Shown in pieces: positions 32,601 to 39,848 of a stretch of 45,086 nucleotides of DNA. The first letter of the stretch is position 1. The number at the start of each line of letters is the position of its first letter. The position numbers were made by a program, and so were the translations under genes. Source of the stretch: Planctomycetota bacterium (GTDB taxonomy: Bacteria > Planctomycetota > Planctomycetia > Pirellulales > UBA1268); the NCBI GenBank assembly GCA_046047895.1, contig JBJOHE010000412.1, positions 1 to 45,086 of the forward strand, written 5' to 3'. A model generated the notes under the pieces. It saw only the letters and a list, made by a program, of their open reading frames with translations. It did no database searches and was not told the DNA's origin.

Positions 32601-34629
32601 CGTGTTGATCCTCGATAATCCGAGCAACACGTTCGCCGGCACGATCAATGTCTATCGAGGAGTGGTGGGCTTCACGAGCGATGCCGCGCTTGGCAGCAGC
32701 ACCAACGGCATCCTGCTTGATGTCAACGGCAACAACGGCGGGCTGCGGTTCGCCGCCGACGGCATCACCCTTCCGGCGTCACGGTCGATCGCACTCGGAG
32801 GTTCCGAGGTGATCGACACGCAGGCATACAGCGGTCGGATCGAGGGCGTGATTTCGGGCAACGCCCCGACCTCCGGGCTCCGCAAGGCGGGGGACGGCCG
32901 GCTGACGCTCGCGGCCGCGAACACCTACACCGGGCCGACGACGGTCGCCGCCGGCACGCTCGCCGTGGCGAGCAGCACGGCAGAGGAGGTCTCTTTGTCA
33001 CAGGCCTTGATTCCGTTCGCCGGGGCCACCCTCGACCTCTCGACCGTCAGCGGCGGCTATGCGGTGCCCAGCACGCAGACGGTCGGCGGTTCGGGGACCC
33101 TCGCTGGCACGATCGGCTTTGGCGCCGGGGCCACGCTGTCTCCCGGCGACGTAGTTGGCACGCTCACGGTCACCCAGTCGGTCACGCTCGGCGGCGGCGG
33201 CAATTACAACTGGCAGATGGTCGACGCTACGGGCACGGCCGGCGACGCCGCCACCTGGGATCTGCTCGCCATCGGTGGGCCGCTCGACATCACGGCGACG
33301 TCGGCTGATCCCTTCCGGATCAATCTCTGGAGCCTTTCGGCGACCGATCCGCAGACGAGCGGTCCCGCCGCTAGTTTTGATCCGTTGGTGGTGGGAAGCT
33401 GGACGATCGCCTCGGCGACCGGCGGCATCTCCGGCTTCGCCGCCGAGAAGTTTCTGATTGACACCGCGGCGGCCAACGGCACCGAGGGCTTCGCGAATCC
33501 CCTGAATGGCGGCAGCTTCAGCATCGCGCAGGCCGGCAACTCGCTCAATCTCGTGTTCACGCCCGACGGGCCCAGTGTGATCGTGATCGACGTGCCATCC
33601 GGCACCCAGACCCAGGCGGAGGCCGGGTACCCGACGATCACGGCCGCGTCGTCGGTGACGAAGACAGGAGCCGGCACGCTCGTGGTCGATGCCGTCAACA
33701 CCTATGCGGGGCCGACGACCGTGGCGGCCGGCACGCTCCAACTTGACCTCGCGGACGGCCTCGCAACGACCTCCACGACCATCGCCACCGGTGCGACGCT
33801 CGCGGTGCCGGCGGGCGTGACGATGAAGGCACCGACGGTGATCGTAGACGGTGGCTCCCTCGCGGCGGCGACGCTTGCGGTCAACTCCACGACCGGCATC
33901 GCCTCGCTCGCGATCAACGCCGGCACGTTGGCCCCAGGCGCGGCGATCAGCGTGACGGATGGCGGCCAGTTGTCACTCGCGCAAGACGTGCGAGTGACCG
34001 TCGGGGCGGCAAGCCTCGACGTAGCTGAGGCCGCCGGCGGTGGGCGGCTCGATGTCGGAGCCGGGCAGGTGACCATCGCGGCCGGTGGGATCACCGCCGC
34101 AGCGCTCCGGGCCGACATCCTGGCTGGCCGGAGCGGCGGCGGCTGGAACGGTGCGACTGGCATCGTGTCGAGCACCGCCTCTGCCTCTGGCGGCACTCGG
34201 GCGGTGGGCTACGTGATCAGCGGTGACGGGTCTGCGACCGTGTCGTTCGCCGCCTCGGGTGACGTCGACCTGAGTGGCGCGGTCAACGTCTTCGATCTCG
34301 TGAGCATCAACAGTTCCGGGAAGTACGGCACCGGTGCCACGAGCGTCTGGAGCCAGGGCGATTTCACGTATGACGGCATCACGAACGTGTTCGACCTCGT
34401 GTCGATCAATGGCGCGGGCGCGTATGGCCAGGGCAACTACTTCCCCGCCGCCCCGACCGTGGCTGGAGGTGCGGGAAGCGTGGCGGCGGTGCCGGAGCCA
34501 TCTCTGTTCGGACTGCCGTGCGCTGCGGCGCTGGCCGGAGCTATGCTTCGAACCGGCCGCCGACGGATTAGTTTTTTTGGTTCCAAGTCATTTCAAGGGG
34601 AGTTCGCGGATGCTTCGCCTCGTTCGTGA
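29698..34629 (+). CDS. Giant (1,643 aa) secreted LamG-like / PATR-repeat protein with a dockerin-like module and PEP-CTERM tail
   Basis: ATG at 29698 (GAGGGGGA upstream), with a signal peptide. At least 6 PATR units are visible (for example LLKDGAGTLTMLTNNDYTGGTTVAAGTLQLGDGG and VTKTGAGTLVVDAVNTYAGPTTVAAGTLQL). Twin 'NVFDLVSIN' segments are followed by VPEPSLFGLPCAAALAGAMLRTGRRR. Confidence 0.85.
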   Translation: MDVLRTGLGFSAYPGIVAAILALATATSSWGQTLTSLWEFTDAADLGAATVGVPLTINGTTPEWFESQTYGSVTLTGVVNTVVGTSNFFTATHGIGANDGGTRTNQYTLVYDVKKPTATLWRSFYQTDLTNTTDAEFFVRGAGSGVTLNTLGRDDIGYSSGFLSPNTWYRVVVSVDLGDSFDAYRDGVSFASYTVPGVDNPDYSLDPSHVLLFADNDAAGNQQLSIGSVAIYDGALTASQAALLGGAGSAYVMRPLTWDGSAGNSSWDTFSTNWLEDSSPLTFLDGDNATFADSAAAKTVDVNGPIVANTMAVATNVGYTFQGFGSIRAVGGLTKTGAGPLAVNLPLSVEGGISIADGTFTVGDGAYAGSFSGGVALGSAGSRLVLDRIDDVTNSGGVTGLGEVVKRGAGTAVIEGRSSYSGATNVEAGTLRLGGAFSGAAGVTVATAAGLTLDFAATPETLAVPSLSLGAGGASLGFEFTSAAVPAVPLISVTSPDGLQLNGGSHTIAVGSTQGLDPGTFTLIDYAGAAISSGFSLVSLPKRVAGSLVYDTANTRINLQVTGIETVKWTGSLSDSWDVGSDVDVGGTQNWVTDPGGVATNFVDGDRVLFDDSATQFSVSLAQTVAPGNVTVNASTQNYLFGGSGKISGGGSLLKDGAGTLTMLTNNDYTGGTTVAAGTLQLGDGGGSGSVSGTVNVAAGAAVRIQRSTTTIAAGFAGEGAVVFQGTGVTNQSSFTLNGDSSGFSGPMEVSFGRLNTGTNTAALGTGPITVTDGGQVFVTTETFTNPISIAGDGWAQGGSGTKFGALRVYQGATWAGDVTLAANARISGGLSNGTVSGKISGPYQVEFGPAGQAGVVTLTNPGNDYSGGTVIAGGSLLIKAATALSSGPVTITSTVNDTLAFDFGDGSSETVANDISLPVLTTPTRVFTLRGSPTQPTTVTLSGQISGGSTDSILRMGDTAVVGNNNSVLILDNPSNTFAGTINVYRGVVGFTSDAALGSSTNGILLDVNGNNGGLRFAADGITLPASRSIALGGSEVIDTQAYSGRIEGVISGNAPTSGLRKAGDGRLTLAAANTYTGPTTVAAGTLAVASSTAEEVSLSQALIPFAGATLDLSTVSGGYAVPSTQTVGGSGTLAGTIGFGAGATLSPGDVVGTLTVTQSVTLGGGGNYNWQMVDATGTAGDAATWDLLAIGGPLDITATSADPFRINLWSLSATDPQTSGPAASFDPLVVGSWTIASATGGISGFAAEKFLIDTAAANGTEGFANPLNGGSFSIAQAGNSLNLVFTPDGPSVIVIDVPSGTQTQAEAGYPTITAASSVTKTGAGTLVVDAVNTYAGPTTVAAGTLQLDLADGLATTSTTIATGATLAVPAGVTMKAPTVIVDGGSLAAATLAVNSTTGIASLAINAGTLAPGAAISVTDGGQLSLAQDVRVTVGAASLDVAEAAGGGRLDVGAGQVTIAAGGITAAALRADILAGRSGGGWNGATGIVSSTASASGGTRAVGYVISGDGSATVSFAASGDVDLSGAVNVFDLVSINSSGKYGTGATSVWSQGDFTYDGITNVFDLVSINGAGAYGQGNYFPAAPTVAGGAGSVAAVPEPSLFGLPCAAALAGAMLRTGRRRISFFGSKSFQGEFADASPRS
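34489..34566 (+). other. PEP-CTERM sorting motif of the giant protein
   Basis: VPEPSLFGLPCAAALAGAMLRTGRRR, followed by 20 extra codons that overlap the next gene. Confidence 0.8.
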
Positions 34630-35578
34630 AACGGTGGTGGGATCCTCCTGCAGTCGGCAGCGACCGAGGGGTCAGGGTTTTACACTTGTCGAGCTGCTGG
34701 TGGTGATCGCGATCATCGCCACGCTGATCGGCCTGTTGCTGCCGGCCGTACAGTCGGCCCGGGAGTCGGCCCGTCGGACGTCCTGCAACAACAAGCTCCG
34801 GCAGTTGGGGCTTGGTCTTCAGTCGTACGCCTCGGCCCGGAAGGCGCTCCCGATGGGATCCGATGAGGCGATCCAGCTCAGCTGGCATGTCTCCATCCTT
34901 CCTTTCGTCGAGGAGGAGGCGCTCTACGAGACCTTCTCCTTCAGGCAGTCGACGAAGGAAGGCGACTGGCTCGCCGCCGACAAGAACCGGGCCACCTACC
35001 GGATCAACGGCTTTCTCTGCCCGACCGGCACGGTCGTGAACCCGGTCGAGACCGGCAGCCTCACGAACCTGATCAGCAACGAATACACCACCCACTACTA
35101 CGGCAACATGGGGCCCAAGGGCACCAATCCCGTCACGGGCCGGGCCTACGAGGGCAACATCGCCGGCCAGGCAGGCTCGACCTGCAACGCCACCTACGGC
35201 GGCCTAGCCAATCAGGGCGTGCTCCGGACGAACGAGGCCTACAAGTTCAAGGACATCTCCGACGGACTATCGAAGACGCTGCTGGTGGGCGAGATTTCCT
35301 GGAGCCAGAAGGCCACGGGCGGGTTTCCCAAGTATCGACAGTGGCATCGGGGCGGCATCAAGGCTTCAAACTGTCACATCGGCGGCTGCAAGAACATCGC
35401 CCAGCCGATCAACTCCCGTTACGACGCGCTCTTCAACGACATCTCGTTCGGCAGCGATCATCCCGGCGGGGCGGGCTTCGCCCGGTGCGATGGCTCGGTC
35501 GCGCAGGTGAGCGAGAACATCGACTTCGCCGTGCTGCTTGCGCTTGCCAGCCGCAACGGCGGTGAGACGAGTGAATAA
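34610..35578 (+). CDS. DUF1559 / H-X9-DG protein with a prepilin-type N-terminal cleavage/methylation domain
   Basis: ATG at 34610 (AAGGGGAG with a 7-nt spacer). Motifs seen: GFTLVELLVVIAIIATLIGLLLPAVQSARESARR and, near the C-terminus, HPGGAGFARCDG (H-X9-DG). It overlaps the giant ORF by 20 nt. Confidence 0.9.
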   Translation: MLRLVRETVVGSSCSRQRPRGQGFTLVELLVVIAIIATLIGLLLPAVQSARESARRTSCNNKLRQLGLGLQSYASARKALPMGSDEAIQLSWHVSILPFVEEEALYETFSFRQSTKEGDWLAADKNRATYRINGFLCPTGTVVNPVETGSLTNLISNEYTTHYYGNMGPKGTNPVTGRAYEGNIAGQAGSTCNATYGGLANQGVLRTNEAYKFKDISDGLSKTLLVGEISWSQKATGGFPKYRQWHRGGIKASNCHIGGCKNIAQPINSRYDALFNDISFGSDHPGGAGFARCDGSVAQVSENIDFAVLLALASRNGGETSE

Positions 35579-35636
35579 TCCCGCGTCCCGTCTACACCGG
35601 TCGAGTGGGCCGGGGATTCCCCAGGAGCATCGCTGC

Positions 35637-36065
35637 GTGTTTGTTCGGATCGCCTTGGTCTGTGCCGCCGTGATCGCGATCGGCTGCGGGTCGTCGGGCC
35701 CGGTCCGCTACGATGTGTCGGGCACGGTGACCTTCGACGGCCAGCCCGTGCCCGTGGGCACGATCACCTTCGTGCCTGTCAGCGGCAACACCGGCCCAGG
35801 AGGATCGGCGGGCATTGAGGGGGGCCGCTTCGACACGGCGGCGACCGGCAAGGGACCGACGGGCGGCCCTCATGTCGCGATCATCACCGGCTTCGACGGC
35901 AAGACGGTTGGCGGCATCGAGAAGGTGCAGGAAGGGAGTCCCCTGTTCATCGACTACCGCGAGGAGGTCGACCTGCCGAGGGAGAAGGCCGTTCGTGACT
36001 TCACCGTGCCGGGATCGGCTCGGCTCAAGGCCACCCCACCGCCACCGCCTGGCCGGAAAGCCTGA
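35637..36065 (+). CDS. Small lipoprotein with a carboxypeptidase-regulatory-like beta-sandwich
   Basis: I prefer the GTG at 35637 (AGGAG with a 9-nt spacer). Lipobox is AVIAIGCGSS. The segment YDVSGTVTFDGQPVPVGTITFVP follows. From memory, this is a common partner of DUF1559 genes in planctomycetes. Confidence 0.65.
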   Translation: MFVRIALVCAAVIAIGCGSSGPVRYDVSGTVTFDGQPVPVGTITFVPVSGNTGPGGSAGIEGGRFDTAATGKGPTGGPHVAIITGFDGKTVGGIEKVQEGSPLFIDYREEVDLPREKAVRDFTVPGSARLKATPPPPPGRKA

Positions 36066-36066
36066 T

Positions 36067-36093
36067 CGGCGGGCCGGTTCACCGTCGTTTTTT
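36067..36093 (+). terminator. Intrinsic terminator candidate after the lipoprotein gene
   Basis: CGGCGG-gccggttca-CCGTCG-TTTTTT: a 6-bp stem with one G.U pair, a 9-nt loop and a T6 tract, starting 2 nt after the TGA. Confidence 0.5.
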
Positions 36094-36115
36094 CCCGCCA
36101 CTTGGAAGGGCTCTC

Positions 36116-39100
36116 ATGGTGTCGCGTCGCGTCCTCGTTCCCGGGTGCCCTGCTTGGCCTCTGGCAAAGACCGGCGGCCGATTCCCGGCGGTCCTGGCCG
36201 CGGCGTGCTGGGCGGCCGCACTCGTGGCCGGCCTGCCGTCGGCCGCAGCGGAGGCCACGAGCGTCGGTGGCCCGATTCAGGGCCGCTACGACGTGATCGT
36301 GGCGGGTGCGGGAACCGGAGGAGTGGCCGCGGCGATCCAGGCAGCCCGGTTGGGCAGCGACGTGTTGCTTGTGGAGCCGACCGACTGGATCGGCGGCCAG
36401 CTCGCGGCCGCGGGCGTGACGAGCATGGACGAGGGCTATCCTCCGCGGGAGCAGTTGCGTGAACGGGGAATCTACGGTGAGTTTTGGAAGCGAGCCACGG
36501 CCTATTACCGGGCGCTTGGCAAGTCAACCGACACCTGTGCGGTGAGCGAGGATCACTTCGCTGTGGAGCCGCATGTGGCACGGCGGGTCTTCGAGGAAAT
36601 GCTCCGTGACACCCGCGCCGCTCCGCGGGCTGATGGTCGGCCTGTCGTGCTCGATCTCGTGACCGACTCTCAGGTGGTGTCGGTCCATCGCACCGGCACG
36701 CTTGTCAACGGGGTCACGCTCGAACGTACGGATCGAGATGGCAGGTCGGAGCGAATCGAGGTCGGGAGCGAGGTGCTGATCGATGCCACGGAGTATGGCG
36801 ATCTCATTCCCCTGGCCGGGGCCGCCTACCGGCTCGGCACCTGGCGGTCGGATCGGCCGCGTCCGGAGGCCGGCAGGATCCCACCGGTTCAGCCGATCAC
36901 CTGGACGGCCTCCATCCGTCGGTATCCCGGCGGCGTGCCGGCGGAGCTCGTGATCGAGACCCAGCCGGACGGCTACGCTCCGGATGTGATCGACGACTTC
37001 CTCGCCCCCGACGGGAACACGACGCATGGTTTTCCCTGGGCCTGGGAACGGTTTCTCAAGTATCGCGGCATGCCCGACTCATCGAGTCCGGTCAGTGCCC
37101 ACAATGGCACCGGTCTGCCCCTGACGCGAACCCATGTGAACTGTCCGCCCAATGACTCCCGCCTCACGATCCTCGATGTCGAGGATCGGCAGCGGCGAGA
37201 GAAGGCCGAGGTCAGGGCGCTGCTCCGCACGCTCGGGGTGCTCTACTACGCCCGGCATGTGATGGAAGAGGATGCCTGGTCGGTGGCCGATGACATCGGG
37301 TATGACTCGCCGGCCAATGTCCGCCGCATGGACGGCCTCGCCGGGCGGCATCCGGAACTCCAGCCATTTCGAGCCCTGCTGCACCGCTTCCCGCCGATTC
37401 CCTATGTGCGGGAGAGCCGACGGATCGTCGGCACCGGAACGCTGACGGCCAAGTCGATCCGCCGCAAGGCCCCCTTCAGTCCCGAGCACAGGCCGACGGC
37501 TGTTGCCATCGGTGATTATCCGGTCGACGTGCATGGCGAGCACGAAGATCGCGATCTCCAGGTGGAGCTCGAGCTTGACGATCCAGAGGATCTCCCGGAG
37601 CGCTGGATCCAGTGGGGCTATGGCCCATTCCAGATCCCCTTTGAGTGCTTCATTCCGGAATCGATAGACGGCTTCATTCCCGCGGAAAAGAACATCTCCC
37701 AATCGCGGCTTGCGAACGGAGCCACGCGGCTCCAGCCGGTAACGATGCTGACGGGCCAGGCTGCTGGGGCGATCGCAGCCCTCGCCTGTCGGTTTGATGT
37801 TCCGCCGCGGTCCTTGCCGCCATTGCTGGTGCAGTCAGCGCTGCTCGACGCGGGGAGTACGCTGTCGCCGGTTCGCTACACCGACGTGCCGCACGGCACG
37901 AGTCTTTGGAAGGCTGTGCAGCTGGTGAGCCTTTACCGGCTCTTCGTGGTGGAGGGGCAGGAGTTCAAGCCGACGGCGAAGCTCAAGCCCACCGAAGCGG
38001 AGCAGACACGGCAGCGAGTGCTCGCCGCTGGCGGGGCGTCCGAGGACTTCACGGGAGCGGCGAATCGCGGCGAGCTTGTGCGGGCGGCAGCGGCCGCGTT
38101 GCTCGCAGGCGTGGCTGCTCAGCCGGGATCGGAGCCCGCGACGGCCGGCGGCTCCGGTCACGACGTCGTCATCTATGGCGGCACGAGCGCCGCGGTCACG
38201 GCAGCGGTCCAGGCCACCCGGATGGGCAAGTCGGTCATCATCGTGTCGCCCGACCGGCACCTGGGCGGCCTTTCGAGCGGTGGGCTCGGCATGACTGACA
38301 CCGGCAACAAGGCGGTGATCGGGGGGTTGGCCAGGGAGTTTTACCATCGGATCTGGAGGCACTATGAGCGGCCCGAGGCCTGGCAATGGCAGGCCCGTGC
38401 CGACTACGGCAACCGAGGGCAAGGCACGCCCGCAATCGATGGTTCGGCGCGAACCATGTGGGTATTTGAGCCCCATGTGGCCGAGCAGGCCTTCGAGGCC
38501 CTGATCCGCGAGCATGGCATTACGGTGGTTCGGAATGAGTGGCTCGACCGCGAGCGGGGCGTGGCTCGACGGGACGGCCGCATCGAGTCGATCACCACGC
38601 TCTCCGGCCGCACCTACCCGGGGCGGATGTTTCTCGATGCCACCTACGAGGGCGACCTGATGGCGGCTGCCGGGGTCGATTATGTGGTCGGCCGCGAGGC
38701 GAACAGCATCTACGGCGAAGAGCACAACGGCGTGCAGGTAGGCGTGCTCCACCACAAGCATCACTTCGGCGCCGTGGCGACGCCGATCAGCCCGTATCGC
38801 GTGCCGGATGACCCGGCGAGTGGCCTCCTGCCGCTCGTGAGTGACACTCCACCGGGTAAATTCGGAGCCGGTGATCACCGGGTGCAGGCCTACTGCTTCC
38901 GGCTCTGCCTCACAACCGATCCCCGCAACCGACTGCCGATCCCGCAGCCGGTGGGCTACGACGCCGGCCAGTACGAACTGTTGCTCCGGGTGTTGCAGGC
39001 CGGCTGGTGGGAGATGTTCGAGAAGTTCGATCCGATTCCCAACGGCAAGACCGACTGCAACAACCACGGGCCCGTCGGCTTCGACAATATCGGGAAGAAC

Positions 39101-39757
39101 TACGACTACCCCGAGGCTGATTACAAGCGGCGGCGGGAGATCATCGCCGAGCACCAGGCCTACCAGCAGGGATTGCTCTGGTTCCTGGCGAACGATCCCC
39201 GGGTGCCCCCGAAGGTTCAGGAGGGAATCCGCGAGTGGGGCCTGGCCAAGGATGAATTCGCCGATAACGGCCACTGGCCGCATCAGCTCTATATCCGCGA
39301 GGCCCGACGGATGGTCGGGCTGCTCGTGATGACGGAGAACCATCTCCGGCAGAAGATTCCCACCCCCGAGTCGATCGGAATGGGCAGCTACACGATCGAC
39401 AGCCACAACGTGCAGCGATACGTCACGCCGGAGGGCTTCGTGCAGAATGAGGGTGACATCGGCGTGCGGCTCAAGGAGCCGTATCAGATCGCCTATGGTG
39501 CGGTGGTGCCGAAGCGAGGGCAGGCTTCAAACCTGCTCGTGCCGGTGGCCTGCTCGGCAAGCCACATCGCCTATGGCAGCATCCGGATGGAGCCGGTGTT
39601 CATGATTCTCGGGCAGTCGGCGGCCACGGCGGCCTGCCTGGCGCTTGATCTGAACAGGCCGGTGCAGGACGTGCCCTACGACCTGCTCCGCCGCCGCCTG
39701 CGGAACGATGGCCAGGTGCTGGCGGCGGGTGAATCGCCCATGGCCGGCCGCGACTGA
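36116..39757 (+). CDS. Tandem fusion of two FAD-dependent oxidoreductase modules (1,213 aa), with a signal-like N-terminus
   Basis: Two dinucleotide-binding starts are present: YDVIVAGAGTGGVAAAIQAARLG near residue 60 and HDVVIYGGTSAAVTAAVQATRMG near residue 690. Each half ends with a related motif: NGATRLQPVTMLTGQAAG and YGSIRMEPVFMILGQSAA. Confidence 0.85.
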   Translation: MVSRRVLVPGCPAWPLAKTGGRFPAVLAAACWAAALVAGLPSAAAEATSVGGPIQGRYDVIVAGAGTGGVAAAIQAARLGSDVLLVEPTDWIGGQLAAAGVTSMDEGYPPREQLRERGIYGEFWKRATAYYRALGKSTDTCAVSEDHFAVEPHVARRVFEEMLRDTRAAPRADGRPVVLDLVTDSQVVSVHRTGTLVNGVTLERTDRDGRSERIEVGSEVLIDATEYGDLIPLAGAAYRLGTWRSDRPRPEAGRIPPVQPITWTASIRRYPGGVPAELVIETQPDGYAPDVIDDFLAPDGNTTHGFPWAWERFLKYRGMPDSSSPVSAHNGTGLPLTRTHVNCPPNDSRLTILDVEDRQRREKAEVRALLRTLGVLYYARHVMEEDAWSVADDIGYDSPANVRRMDGLAGRHPELQPFRALLHRFPPIPYVRESRRIVGTGTLTAKSIRRKAPFSPEHRPTAVAIGDYPVDVHGEHEDRDLQVELELDDPEDLPERWIQWGYGPFQIPFECFIPESIDGFIPAEKNISQSRLANGATRLQPVTMLTGQAAGAIAALACRFDVPPRSLPPLLVQSALLDAGSTLSPVRYTDVPHGTSLWKAVQLVSLYRLFVVEGQEFKPTAKLKPTEAEQTRQRVLAAGGASEDFTGAANRGELVRAAAAALLAGVAAQPGSEPATAGGSGHDVVIYGGTSAAVTAAVQATRMGKSVIIVSPDRHLGGLSSGGLGMTDTGNKAVIGGLAREFYHRIWRHYERPEAWQWQARADYGNRGQGTPAIDGSARTMWVFEPHVAEQAFEALIREHGITVVRNEWLDRERGVARRDGRIESITTLSGRTYPGRMFLDATYEGDLMAAAGVDYVVGREANSIYGEEHNGVQVGVLHHKHHFGAVATPISPYRVPDDPASGLLPLVSDTPPGKFGAGDHRVQAYCFRLCLTTDPRNRLPIPQPVGYDAGQYELLLRVLQAGWWEMFEKFDPIPNGKTDCNNHGPVGFDNIGKNYDYPEADYKRRREIIAEHQAYQQGLLWFLANDPRVPPKVQEGIREWGLAKDEFADNGHWPHQLYIREARRMVGLLVMTENHLRQKIPTPESIGMGSYTIDSHNVQRYVTPEGFVQNEGDIGVRLKEPYQIAYGAVVPKRGQASNLLVPVACSASHIAYGSIRMEPVFMILGQSAATAACLALDLNRPVQDVPYDLLRRRLRNDGQVLAAGESPMAGRD

Positions 39758-39848
39758 TCGCCTGGTCGGAGAGGAATCCTGGCAGCGGACGCGGTAGGGC
39801 AGCTATCCTCGTGAGGGTTGATCAGCCCCTCGCGACGGAGCCAGACCA

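Noticed and set aside
34572-34578. T7 run just after the PEP-CTERM Arg cluster of the giant gene (possible terminator or slippery site).
   Set aside because: No stable GC hairpin immediately precedes it, and the ORF reads through it in frame. The next gene's SD and ATG follow within 35 nt, which argues against termination here.
37835-39406. 523-aa minus-strand ORF.
   Set aside because: It is antisense to the second FAD-oxidoreductase module and has no motifs. It is a shadow ORF.
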